64,000 nt of DNA from contig BTVV01000002.1 in NCBI GenBank assembly GCA_045863855.1, forward strand, positions 64,001 to 128,000, written 5' to 3'. Both the position numbers and the translations under genes were made by a program. The stretch is from Planctomycetota bacterium. Lineage in GTDB: Bacteria; Planctomycetota; SZUA-567; H5-PLA8. The notes beneath the pieces are model-generated. The model did no database searches. It worked only from the letters and a program-made list of their open reading frames with translations, and was not told where the DNA came from. Below are positions 10,006 to 19,218 of this stretch, in pieces. Position 1 is the stretch's first letter. Each line of letters begins with the position of its first letter.

Positions 10006-12156
10006 TCAACTGATCCAGATCGCGCGGCCGTCCTTGGTGCCGGCCAGCAAGTACACGAGACCCCAAACCGCCGCGGCCAGCGCTTCGCCCACGATCATGC
10101 CGATGAAGAAGCGGCGGGCAGCGGTATAGACCCGCATGCCGCCGTACTTAGCGATGCCCCACTTGCACGCCCAGCCCAGGAAGAAGCTGAACCACAGGCA
10201 CGCGATCGGGAAAGAGGCCATCCACATCACGTACCCCGCCGGATGAGGAAACCAAAAGACGAACTGGCGCAGAATCATAATCAGCGACATCGCCGCGCCG
10301 CCGGCGCCGATCCAGGCCAGTTTCGAAGTCGCCACGCGCGCTTCGGTGGGGGCTTCGCTCTCCGGCGCCTGTTTTCCTTCCTTTGCCGTATCCGCTATTT
10401 TCTTTTCCCACGCTTGCACGCGGCTGCTTGTGCGCGCATAGCCGTTCATGTCCATCTCGGGCTGATTCTTGTAGAAATACCCGAATTCCGTCGCGCCGCC
10501 CGACGTGTAGGTCGTATTCAAGACCACGAAAAAGCCCAGGCCCAGGCTCAGCGCTACGCCCAGGGCGATCCCTCCCATGGCCGATTTCCGGCGCAGGCCC
10601 AACTGGCCGGCCAGATGCAGTCCGTTGACGATATTCGGCAGCGGCACGATGCGGAACCAGTCGCTGGTGAAGACGCGGTTGAATGTCAGCAGGGGGACGA
10701 CGTTCTGCGCGCCCATGGCCGCCGGCGGAACGACGTAGTTCAGCAAATGAATCGGGAAGTCGTACACCTGCGCCGCCACGATCCCGGCCTCCGCCACCAG
10801 CCGAGCCAATCCGGTCATGACGATCATGAACAGCAGCACCATCGCGATCGCGTAGCCCATATCGATGCCGTACCAGATCAGCCAAGCCACCGCGCCGAAG
10901 AAACTCACGGCCAGCAGTAACCACAAACTCCGCGAAGTCGGATCGCCCGGCTGCGCCGTCTCGGGTTCACGCCCCAGCGCCTGCCGCAGCGACCGGCCCA
11001 ACTCGCTGCGCGCCGCCCAGACCCCCAGCAGCACGAGCATCAAGAGCGCTCCGGTACCTTGGTTGATGTAGGTCTGATCCACCGTCTCGGCGCCGTGCAT
11101 GGGCACGAAGATGAAGTTGGCCAGCTTCTGCAGCGCGTAAAAGAACCAGAGGCTGAAGGCGACTTCCAGCGAGAGCAGGAACGTAAGCCCGACGATGGTC
11201 GGGAAAATGTGCATGTGCAATCCGCCCAGCGCGTTCCAGGGCGGTTCGGTGAGGTACTTCGCCTGCAGATTCCAGTTGCGCAGCGGCAGTTCGGGCATGT
11301 GGCCCATGTAGGTTCCCGCCGCGTTGTAGCTCTGCAAAAGGAAGGTCAGCACCAGTCCCCAAAGGGCGATCCGGTCGGTGAGGAACGGCTTGCCTTGCGC
11401 GCCCGCATCCCCGAAGGGGCGCAGCATCTCTTCGGGCACCTGCGCGACCGGGAACGCCAGGCGTTCCTGGTTCGACCAGCGTTGGATCAACAGTCCCGCG
11501 ATGGCGAACCACAGGCCGTACATGCACGCGACGACCAGCATCCAGCGCGCGAACGGCCCCGTCCACGCGCTCCACGGGATTTCCTTACCCTCCGGCAGTC
11601 CCGTGTAGAACCACTCCACCGGCCGCGGTCCCGGGTCGCTCGGGTCGGCGGGGTCACGCACGAAAAAATCGGGGCTTTGGTGCGGCAGCAGCAGGTTTTC
11701 GAAGTCGTTCGCCGAAGATGCGTAATGATCGGCCGCGGTCATCTGGGTGCTCCAGAAGCTGAAGAACCCCGCTCCCGGAATCGCGTACATCACCATGGTC
11801 ATGCAAAAGACGAGTGTCAGGTCCTGCCGCGTCAGCCCGAAGGCCCGCCCGCAGACGGTGAGGCCGGCCAACAGCACGAGGGTCAGCGCCACCGAGAGCA
11901 TCGGGAATGCGGCGTAGGAGAAGGTGGAGCCGCGGTAGACGAAATCGGAATAAGGGATCAGCCACGTGATGCCGACAACGGCCAGGGTGCCCAACAGCCA
12001 GCCGCGCCAGGTCGCGCCTTCGGCGCTTTGAGTGGACTTCGATTCGAGGTCGGCCTGTTCCCGCGCCAACCGCGGCCCCAAACGGTAGTCCAGGGTGCCG
12101 CCTGCGCCAGCGGGCTCCGAAGTGCCGGGAGCGGACGTTTCGTCGTGATCGGCCAT
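10006..12156 (-). CDS. Polytopic membrane protein, DUF6785/DUF6784-like, paralog 1
   Basis: Colinear with the other two copies; GAGG RBS upstream. Confidence 0.8.
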   Translation of the reverse strand: MADHDETSAPGTSEPAGAGGTLDYRLGPRLAREQADLESKSTQSAEGATWRGWLLGTLAVVGITWLIPYSDFVYRGSTFSYAAFPMLSVALTLVLLAGLTVCGRAFGLTRQDLTLVFCMTMVMYAIPGAGFFSFWSTQMTAADHYASSANDFENLLLPHQSPDFFVRDPADPSDPGPRPVEWFYTGLPEGKEIPWSAWTGPFARWMLVVACMYGLWFAIAGLLIQRWSNQERLAFPVAQVPEEMLRPFGDAGAQGKPFLTDRIALWGLVLTFLLQSYNAAGTYMGHMPELPLRNWNLQAKYLTEPPWNALGGLHMHIFPTIVGLTFLLSLEVAFSLWFFYALQKLANFIFVPMHGAETVDQTYINQGTGALLMLVLLGVWAARSELGRSLRQALGREPETAQPGDPTSRSLWLLLAVSFFGAVAWLIWYGIDMGYAIAMVLLFMIVMTGLARLVAEAGIVAAQVYDFPIHLLNYVVPPAAMGAQNVVPLLTFNRVFTSDWFRIVPLPNIVNGLHLAGQLGLRRKSAMGGIALGVALSLGLGFFVVLNTTYTSGGATEFGYFYKNQPEMDMNGYARTSSRVQAWEKKIADTAKEGKQAPESEAPTEARVATSKLAWIGAGGAAMSLIMILRQFVFWFPHPAGYVMWMASFPIACLWFSFFLGWACKWGIAKYGGMRVYTAARRFFIGMIVGEALAAAVWGLVYLLAGTKDGRAIWIS

Positions 12157-12303
12157 GAATGATGTCTACCTCGTATACCTCGCCCAAGCGCCATCGCAAG
12201 CTCTGGCCGGGGTTAGATTAAAACGCGACGGGCAGCGGCACGGAGCGAAATAGGTTCAATCCTGCTTACATCCCGAAAGCAGGCGCGTTATCTTGAGTGA
12301 GCC

Positions 12304-13167
12304 ATGGACATCGTACTGGATATCCTGCGCGACCCGAAGGTGCTCGCGACGATCGAGATCTTTGCCGTCGCGTTCCTCGTGGTGGTGCTGGCGCGCTCGG
12401 TGCTGCGCCGGAGCAGCCTGCCGCCGGATCAGAAGGTTCGGATTCGGTCCCTGATTACCAGCGGCGCTTTTTTTATCGCTATCACGATCCTGTTCAGCAT
12501 CTGGGCGGATACGGTTCGCGAACTGTTGGTCGCGCTGACCGCCTTTGCCGTGGCGGGGGTGATCGGCAGCAAGGAAATGATCCTGTGCGTGCTGGGCTGG
12601 GTCTATAAAGTCTTTTCGAACACGCACCATACGGGCGACCGGATCCAGGTGGGAGACTTGCGCGGCGACGTAGTGGCCGTGCGGATCCTCAGCAGTACCC
12701 TGGCCGAGGTGGATAAGCAGACCGAGCAGAGCACCGGGCGGCTTGTCACGCTGCCTCACGCGCTCCTGCTGACCATGGCCTGCTACAACGAGTCGCAGGG
12801 CGAAGGCTTTCGCTGGCTTGAGTTCAGCGTACCGGTGAACGATGCGGCGGAAGTCGGCCTTGCGCGCGAGGTCTTGGAAAGGGTCGTAGAGCCGATTCAC
12901 CGGGAACATCGCGACACCATTATTCGGCGCAAGGATGAACTCGAAGAAGGCTTCGCGGTCAACGTACGCACCATCGAGCCGAAAGTGTATCTCTCGGTGG
13001 AAGGCGGCAAGCCCCTACTGATGCTGCGTATGCCGGTCTTGCCGCGGCGATTGCGCGATACCAAAGACCGTTTGGCGAACGACTACTTCCGTGAACTCGC
13101 CGTGGCTCAGGCCAAAATGAACGCCAGCAAGCCCGCTCATCCGAAAACAGAAGCCACCTCAAATTAG
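12304..13167 (+). CDS. Small-conductance mechanosensitive channel (MscS family)
   Basis: Three N-terminal TM helices, then 'GDRIQVGDLRGDVVAVRILSSTLAE..TGRLVTLPHALLL'. Confidence 0.85.
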   Translation: MDIVLDILRDPKVLATIEIFAVAFLVVVLARSVLRRSSLPPDQKVRIRSLITSGAFFIAITILFSIWADTVRELLVALTAFAVAGVIGSKEMILCVLGWVYKVFSNTHHTGDRIQVGDLRGDVVAVRILSSTLAEVDKQTEQSTGRLVTLPHALLLTMACYNESQGEGFRWLEFSVPVNDAAEVGLAREVLERVVEPIHREHRDTIIRRKDELEEGFAVNVRTIEPKVYLSVEGGKPLLMLRMPVLPRRLRDTKDRLANDYFRELAVAQAKMNASKPAHPKTEATSN

Positions 13168-13280
13168 ATTTTTAGGCGGCCCCTGGTCAGCCAGATTTAT
13201 CAAAGTGATATACAGTAAACGACACGGCTTAATATTATAACTATCTACTATTAATAGTTTTAAATGGCATTCTGAAACAA
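13168..13280. promoter_or_regulatory. AT-rich intergenic tract with perfect 12-bp palindrome ACTATTAATAGT (13247-13258)
   Basis: Abrupt drop in GC; palindrome read directly from the sequence. Confidence 0.5.
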
Positions 13281-13407
13281 GAAACGCCACCCGTCCAGGA
13301 TGGCCTCCATTTTGATTACCTCAAACATTGGGTCAAAGCCGGCTCGACCTTGGGTCCGCGAAGTGGCTAGTGCCGGACGACGGAACGCACAAAAGGGAGC
13401 ATTGGAT

Positions 13408-13602
13408 ATGTATCGAATCTACGTTCCGTATGGGATAAGTCGAAAGCTGGAGGATCGCTTAATCGCGTCCATGCCTGAAGCACTGGCGACGGCTCAATCG
13501 ATTGCCACGGAATTGCAATACGAATGCCTGGTTATTCGCACCAATCAGATGGGATACGGACAGGTGGTGGCGGTGGTGGAAGCGGGCGGGCAGGTGCGGT
13601 AG
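13408..13602 (+). CDS. Small hypothetical protein (64 aa)
   Basis: AGGGAG RBS before ATG 13408; protein-like composition (MYRIYVPYG...VVEAGGQVR). Confidence 0.55.
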   Translation: MYRIYVPYGISRKLEDRLIASMPEALATAQSIATELQYECLVIRTNQMGYGQVVAVVEAGGQVR

Positions 13603-13727
13603 GTGACGAGTCTTGGGGAATAATCGTCGCCGGCTGCACGTTGGGCTTGCTCGAACCTCGCATCTTTGGGATGATGGTTCGGTGCGGCTGGATTCGCCGC
13701 GCCGGCTAAAGACGAGAGTCCGAAACC

Positions 13728-14315
13728 TTGAAGATCCTGATCGCCGACGACGAGCCCATCAGCCTCAAGTTCCTGGAGAGCCAGTTGCGCCGCTGGGGAC
13801 ATGACACGGTGGTGGCGCGCGACGGCCAGCAGGCTTGGGAGCTCTTCAATCAGGATCCCAGTTTGGGGCTGGCGGTGCTGGACGTGCGGATGCCGCAGAT
13901 CGACGGGCTGGAATTGTGCCGGCGGCTGCGCGCGGACGAGCGCTTCAAGACGCTGTACATCATTTTTCTCACCGGACTCACCGACAAGAAAGACATGGTC
14001 GAGGGCCTCGACGCGGGCGCCAACGACTATGTGGTCAAGCCGTTCGATCCGACCGAGTTGCGGGCGCGGATCGCAATCGGCGAGCGCATGGTCAACTTAA
14101 TGCACGAGTTGCAGCGTTCGCATGCCGAGATCCGGCAGTTGGCGACGTTGTTGCCGGTCTGCGCGTGGTGCCGCAAGGTCCGCAACGACGACGGCTATTG
14201 GAACGATCTGCAGCTCTATATCGTCGATACGCTGGGCACGAAGATCACGCACGGGATCTGCCCGTCGTGCAAGAGCGAGCAGATGAAGAAGCTGGCGCCC
14301 AAGAAAAAGACCTGA
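13728..14315 (+). CDS. Response regulator: REC domain + coiled coil + C-terminal CxxC/HxxCxxC module
   Basis: 'ILIADDE', phospho-Asp in 'VLDVRMPQIDG', 'GANDYVVKPFD'; tail 'LPVCAWCRKVR..GYW..THGICPSC'. Confidence 0.92.
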   Translation: MKILIADDEPISLKFLESQLRRWGHDTVVARDGQQAWELFNQDPSLGLAVLDVRMPQIDGLELCRRLRADERFKTLYIIFLTGLTDKKDMVEGLDAGANDYVVKPFDPTELRARIAIGERMVNLMHELQRSHAEIRQLATLLPVCAWCRKVRNDDGYWNDLQLYIVDTLGTKITHGICPSCKSEQMKKLAPKKKT

Positions 14316-14350
14316 CTTGGCGTGGCGGGTCCGGCGGATACGCTGCGTGC

Positions 14351-14998
14351 GTGTGTTCCCGCGCTGAAAAGGCCGTGCTGCTACTGGCGTATGCGCTCAC
14401 CTTTGGCGCGCTGGCGATAAATCCCCGCGAACGCGACGCCTGGGCGCTCGAGAACCTCGTCCCATTCCTCGAACTGCTGGCCTGCGCGATCTACTACCGC
14501 TGGGTGGAACTGACGCGCGCGAGCTACGTGCTGATCTTCGTGCATCTCGTGATCCAGATGATCGGCGGGCATTACACGTACGCCGAGGTGCCGCTGTTCA
14601 ACTGGCTGCGCGACGAGTTCGGCTGGTCGCGCAATCATTACGACCGCGTGGCCCATTTCGCCGTGGGATTCTGCCTGTACGTGCCGGTGCGCGAGATCTG
14701 CCTGCGGCGTTCGCCGCTGGCGGGAAGCAAAGCTTGGACGTCCTTTTTCGTGTACAGCGTGCTGACGGCCGTGGCGGGGATCTGGGAAGTCTGGGAGTGG
14801 CTGGTGGCGGAATGGGCGTACAGCGACCTGGGGACGGCGTACCTGGGCACGCAGGGCGATGCGTGGGACGCGCAGAAGGATATCCTGCTCGCGCCGGTGG
14901 GCGCGGTGGCCGCGGCGTTGCTCTTCACGCGCTGGCACAACCGGTTGCTTAAGGGGCTGCCGCAAAAATGGGAAGCTCGCCTCAAGGAGCCCGCATGA
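14351..14998 (+). CDS. DUF2238 / YjdF-like inner membrane protein
   Basis: 'W.LEN', 'IGGHYTYAEVP', 'RNHYDRVAHFAVG', 'EVWEW', 'YLGTQGDAWDAQKD'; GTG start inferred. Confidence 0.88.
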   Translation: MCSRAEKAVLLLAYALTFGALAINPRERDAWALENLVPFLELLACAIYYRWVELTRASYVLIFVHLVIQMIGGHYTYAEVPLFNWLRDEFGWSRNHYDRVAHFAVGFCLYVPVREICLRRSPLAGSKAWTSFFVYSVLTAVAGIWEVWEWLVAEWAYSDLGTAYLGTQGDAWDAQKDILLAPVGAVAAALLFTRWHNRLLKGLPQKWEARLKEPA

Positions 14999-16095
14999 AG
15001 ACGCGCGCCGCCGTACTCTTCGAGACCGGACAACCGTTCGCAATCGAGACGCTGGACCTGGAGGCGCCGCGCGCGCGGGAGGTGCTGGTGCGCGTGCAGG
15101 CCGCGGGGGTCTGCCACAGCGACTGGCACCTCGCCACGGGCGACACGAAGCATCCGCTGCCGGTCGTGCCGGGGCACGAAGGATCGGGCGTGGTCGAAGC
15201 CGTCGGCCCCGAGGTGAGCGCCGTGAAGCCCGGCGACTTCGTCGCCTTGAACTGGGCGCCGTACTGCGGGAGTTGCTTCTACTGCACGCACGGGCGTCCG
15301 GCGTTGTGCGAAAGCTACGTCGAGCCGATCTGGAAGGGCTTGCAGATGGACGGCTCGACGCGCTGGACGCTGCGCGGGAAGCCGGTGCATCACTACTGCG
15401 CGCTTTCGTGCTTCAGCGAGTACGCCGTGGTGCCCGAAGCGAGCTGCGTGAAGCTCGAGGGTTCGATCGATCCGCGCATCGCGGCTTTGATCGGCTGCGC
15501 GGTGACGACCGGAGTCGGCGCGGCGGTAAATACGGTGGCGCTGCCGGCGGGGGCGAGCGTCGCGGTCTTCGGCGCGGGGGGCGTGGGGAGTTGCATCGTG
15601 CTGGGCGCGAAGGCCGCCGGCGCGGGTACGGTGATCGCGATCGACCGCGCGCCGGAGAAGGCGGCGCTGGCGCAGGCGCTGGGCGCGGACGAAGTGCTGG
15701 AGGCGGGGGCCGGCGTGCCGGCGCGGATCCGGCAGCTGACGGGCGGGCGCGGCGCGGATTACGTGTTCGAGGCGGTCGGCCGGCCGGAGGTTCAGGAGCA
15801 GGCGCTGCGCTGCGCGCGTCCCGGCGGGACGGTGGTGCTGGTGGGGCTTGCGCCGATGGGCAGCGCGACGAACCTGCCCGGCGCAGTGATCACGCGGCGG
15901 GAGCTGACCGTGATGGGGAGCTACTACGGGACGTGCGAGCCGCGGCGCGATTTCGTGCGTTTCGCGGAGTGGCACCGGTCGGGCAAGCTGCCGCTGGAGA
16001 AGCTGATCACGCGGACGTACAAGCTCGAGGAGATCAACTCGGCGTACGCCGATCTGCTGGCCGGCAAGCTGGCGCGGGGCGTGGTGGTGTTTTAG
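14995..16095 (+). CDS. Zn-dependent alcohol dehydrogenase (class III-like MDR)
   Basis: 'GVCHSD', 'GHEGSG', structural Zn 'CGSCFYC......LC', 'IGCAVTTGVGA', 'VFGAGGVG'; ATGA overlap with the upstream gene. Confidence 0.93.
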   Translation: MKTRAAVLFETGQPFAIETLDLEAPRAREVLVRVQAAGVCHSDWHLATGDTKHPLPVVPGHEGSGVVEAVGPEVSAVKPGDFVALNWAPYCGSCFYCTHGRPALCESYVEPIWKGLQMDGSTRWTLRGKPVHHYCALSCFSEYAVVPEASCVKLEGSIDPRIAALIGCAVTTGVGAAVNTVALPAGASVAVFGAGGVGSCIVLGAKAAGAGTVIAIDRAPEKAALAQALGADEVLEAGAGVPARIRQLTGGRGADYVFEAVGRPEVQEQALRCARPGGTVVLVGLAPMGSATNLPGAVITRRELTVMGSYYGTCEPRRDFVRFAEWHRSGKLPLEKLITRTYKLEEINSAYADLLAGKLARGVVVF

Positions 16096-16211
16096 GAGCG
16101 TAAGGCGCCGGCCTCCATGCATTCAGCCCCCCGTTGCCAAGCGTCGGAGGCCGGTTAGGCTGTAGTCGCCTTATACGGGGACCGAAACCACCCACTTCAG
16201 GAGGATAGGCC

Positions 16212-16595
16212 ATGCGAGCGTTACTGGCGACGGTGCTGGTGCTGGCGGTCTGTGCGGCGCCGCGGGTTTGCGCGTTCGGCGTCGATATCGGGCCGGTCAA
16301 AATCCATGGGACGAAGGTCAAGATCGGCGAGGACATCACGCTGCGGATGACCGTCGACCGGATCGACCGTGCCGAGAAGAAGGAAGGCGAGCAGGAAGGT
16401 AAGATCGTCAAGATCAAGACGCACCGCAAGGGCGACGACACGGATAACTTCGAGATCACGGTCAATCCCGACGACCTGGACGAAGACAGCCGCGACTACC
16501 TGCCGCGCGTGAAGGAAGAGCGCACGTACAGCATGAAGGTGAAGAAGCAGGACAGCGGCTGGAAGCTCCTGAAGGTGCGTCCGGACGACGACTAA
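16212..16595 (+). CDS. Hypothetical secreted/periplasmic protein (127 aa)
   Basis: GGAGGA RBS, signal peptide (MRALLATVLVLAVCAAPRVCA), charged beta-rich mature part. Confidence 0.8.
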   Translation: MRALLATVLVLAVCAAPRVCAFGVDIGPVKIHGTKVKIGEDITLRMTVDRIDRAEKKEGEQEGKIVKIKTHRKGDDTDNFEITVNPDDLDEDSRDYLPRVKEERTYSMKVKKQDSGWKLLKVRPDDD

Positions 16596-16756
16596 GCCGG
16601 GGAAGCCGTAGCGGTCATTTGCGGCGCGCTTGGGGAACTCCCCGGCGCGCCGCGTGCATTTCCGGGCGCGGTTGACAGCACCGGCTGGGGACGGGAACAT
16701 GCACGCGACCGAAGCCAGGTTCCTTTTAATCGTTTCCGCAGCGAGGACGCCACGCG

Positions 16757-18160
16757 ATGAGCTCGAGTTACCGCATCGAAAAAGACACGATGGGCGAGAT
16801 GAAAGTCCCGCAGGAAAAGCTGTGGGGCGCGCAGACGCAGCGCAGCCTGGAGAACTTCAAGATCGGCGAAGAGAAGATGCCGCGCGCGCTGGTTTACGCG
16901 CTGGTGCTGGTGAAGAAGGCCGCGGCGCTGGTGAACGTGGAATTGAAGACGCTGGACGCCAAGCTGGGCGAAGCGATCGCGAAGGCCGCCGACGAGGTGC
17001 TGGCCGGGAAGCACGACACCGAGTTTCCGCTGGCGGTCTGGCAGACCGGGAGCGGCACGCAGACGAACATGAACTGCAACGAAGTCCTGGCTAACCGCGC
17101 GAGCGAACTGCTGGGCGGCGTGCGCGGCGAAGAGCGATTGGTGCATCCGAACGACCACGTCAACAAGGGCCAGTCGAGCAACGACGTCTTTCCGACGGCG
17201 ATGCACGTGGCGGCGGTGAAGGAACTGATCGAGCACACGCTGCCGAAGCTGCGCGCGCTGCGCGGCGCGTGGGCGGCGAAGGCGCGCGCGTTCATGGACG
17301 TGGTGAAGATCGGCCGGACGCACCTGCAGGATGCGACGCCGCTGACGCTGGGGCAGGAGTTCAGCGGGTACGTCTCGATGCTGGACCACGGGATCGCGCA
17401 CGCCGAAGCGGCGCTGCCGCATCTGTGCGAACTGGCGCTGGGCGGCACCGCGGTGGGCACGGGGCTGAACGCCGCGCCGGGGTACGACGTGAAGGTGGCG
17501 GCGAAGATTTCGGAGCTGACCGGGCATCCGTTCGTGACGGCGCCGAACAAGTTCGAATCGCTGGCCTCGAAGGACGCCTTCGTCCACGCGCACGGGGCGC
17601 TCAAGACGCTGGCGGCCTCGCTGACGAAGATCGCCAACGACACGCGCTGGCTCTCCAGCGGGCCGCGCTGCGGGATCGGCGAGATCGCGATTCCCGAGAA
17701 CGAGCCGGGCAGCAGCATTATGCCGGGCAAGGTGAACCCCACGCAGTGCGAGGCGCTGACGATGGCCTGCGCGCAGGTGATGGGCAATGACGTGGCGATC
17801 AACATCGGCGGAATGAGCGGGAACTTCGAGCTGAACGTGTACAAGCCGCTGATCGCGCACAACTTCCTGCAGAGCTGCCGGCTCTTGGGCGACGCCTCGG
17901 AGTCGTTCCGCACGAACTGCGTCGAAGGCATCGAGCCCAACCCGGCGCGGATCGAGCAGAACCTGCGCGAGAGCCTGATGCTGGTGACGGCGTTGAATCC
18001 GCATATCGGGTACGACAACGCGGCCAAGGTGGCGAAGCACGCGCACAAGAAAAACCTGACGCTGAAGCAGGCCGCGGCGGACCTGGGGCTGGTGAAGCCC
18101 GAGGACTTCGACGCGTGGGTGAAGCCCGAAAAGATGATCGGCAACAAGCCGGTGGTTTGA
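16757..18160 (+). CDS. fumC: Class II fumarate hydratase
   Basis: 'RIEKDTMGE', '[12 protein letters not shown]', '[10 protein letters not shown]', signature '[15 protein letters not shown]'. Confidence 0.99.
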   Translation: MSSSYRIEKDTMGEMKVPQEKLWGAQTQRSLENFKIGEEKMPRALVYALVLVKKAAALVNVELKTLDAKLGEAIAKAADEVLAGKHDTEFPLAVWQTGSGTQTNMNCNEVLANRASELLGGVRGEERLVHPNDHVNKGQSSNDVFPTAMHVAAVKELIEHTLPKLRALRGAWAAKARAFMDVVKIGRTHLQDATPLTLGQEFSGYVSMLDHGIAHAEAALPHLCELALGGTAVGTGLNAAPGYDVKVAAKISELTGHPFVTAPNKFESLASKDAFVHAHGALKTLAASLTKIANDTRWLSSGPRCGIGEIAIPENEPGSSIMPGKVNPTQCEALTMACAQVMGNDVAINIGGMSGNFELNVYKPLIAHNFLQSCRLLGDASESFRTNCVEGIEPNPARIEQNLRESLMLVTALNPHIGYDNAAKVAKHAHKKNLTLKQAAADLGLVKPEDFDAWVKPEKMIGNKPVV

Positions 18161-18243
18161 ATGCGCGCGGAAAGTCCGAAAGGAATGCGGCCTTCGCGGC
18201 AAGAACCCTTCGTGCCGCATTCTATCGAGACGCAGGGGCCGGC

Positions 18244-19065
18244 ATGAGCATCCAGCTTGTCATTATCGTCGGCATCATCGTGGCCTACGTGGCGGCGTCG
18301 GTGGCCGAAGGGATGGTCCTGAGCGGCGCGGCGAGCCTGCCTCCGGATGTGCGCGAGCGCGTCTTCCGGCGCGAGGCGGCGCTGGGCACGATCTGGCGGA
18401 TCGTCGGCGGGCTGGGCCTGGCGCTGGTGGTGATCGGGCTGCTCAAGACGTTCGGGTTTATTCGGGGCGGGCCGAAGATCCCCTGGGGGCTGTACACGTT
18501 CGCGGGGGGCTTCGCGCTGATCTGCCTGGAGCGGACGCTGCGAAGCTGGGGCACGTTCGGCAGTTACGCGAAGGAAGATCCGCAGGGTCCGGCGCGCGCG
18601 GCGGCGTTGAACGCGGCGCTGCTGGTCACGCTGGTCGAGCTGGCGCTGGGCGTGGGCGTCGTCTGGTTCATCAAGGATAAGGCCATCGGGCCGGGCGGCG
18701 GTTCGAGCGCGTCCACGGCGCCCGCGGAGTCGGCATCGGACGAGGCTGAGGCAGACGGTTCGACCGGCGGCGGTCCGGCGCCCAGGCCGGAGAAGATCGC
18801 GATCTGGATTCCCGCGCCGCAGGCGAAGGCCTTGATCGGCAAAGACGACGCGTATTTCGACCTGCTGGTGAGGTGGGGCCAGGTGCGCAAGAAGGAAACC
18901 GGCGGCGAGCTTTTCTATCAGGCGCAAGACTTGAAGTCGCTGAAGCAGGCGGGGCTTCCGGCGGTGCAGGAGATGGAGGAAGGGTTGAAACGGATGCAGG
19001 CTGCGCCGCCCGAGCCGCCGGCCGCGGCGGTGAAGTCGCCGGAGGGCGAGCGGTTGGAGGAGTAG
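18244..19065 (+). CDS. Hypothetical membrane protein (4 TM) with a possible C-terminal MerR/Xis-like HTH
   Basis: Four hydrophobic segments, a Ser/Ala/Gly linker, then 'WIPAPQAKALIG..FDLLVRWGQVR..GGELFY..DL..L'. Confidence 0.7.
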   Translation: MSIQLVIIVGIIVAYVAASVAEGMVLSGAASLPPDVRERVFRREAALGTIWRIVGGLGLALVVIGLLKTFGFIRGGPKIPWGLYTFAGGFALICLERTLRSWGTFGSYAKEDPQGPARAAALNAALLVTLVELALGVGVVWFIKDKAIGPGGGSSASTAPAESASDEAEADGSTGGGPAPRPEKIAIWIPAPQAKALIGKDDAYFDLLVRWGQVRKKETGGELFYQAQDLKSLKQAGLPAVQEMEEGLKRMQAAPPEPPAAAVKSPEGERLEE

Positions 19066-19076
19066 GCGGGTTTTAA

Positions 19077-19171
19077 GGCAAACGGCAAACTTCAAACGGC
19101 AAACTTCAAACGGCAAGATCCAAACAAGCTTCAAGCTTCAAACTTCAAACTTCAAACGGCCATACGGCCAA
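19077..19171. repeat. Heptamer tandem array (GGCAAAC / TTCAAAC units)
   Basis: ggcaaac ggcaaac ttcaaac ggcaaac ttcaaac ggcaaga tccaaac ... ttcaagc ttcaaac x3; lies between convergent genes. Confidence 0.9.
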
Positions 19172-19218
19172 CCCCAACCCCATTCTCGATGCGTGACGCC
19201 AGTGGCTGCTCGCGGGGC

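Noticed and set aside
13835..14350. Long N-terminal extensions of ORFs 13835..14998, 19219..20289, 51811..54048 and 58299..60131, suggesting fusions or frameshifts
   Set aside because: The extensions overlap neighbouring genes in other frames and are Arg/Ala/Gly junk; each gene has a sensible internal start and no slippery site was needed.
16672..16700. TTGACA upstream of fumC as a promoter
   Set aside because: The -35 is perfect but the -10 at 17-nt spacing (GAACAT) is weak; insufficient support.
18181..18223. Hairpin GGAATGCGGC...GCCGCATTCT after fumC
   Set aside because: Large loop and no U-tract; cannot distinguish terminator from REP-like element or chance.
19077..19171. Possible CRISPR array
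   Set aside because: Period is 7 nt with no unique spacers, and no cas genes are in the window.
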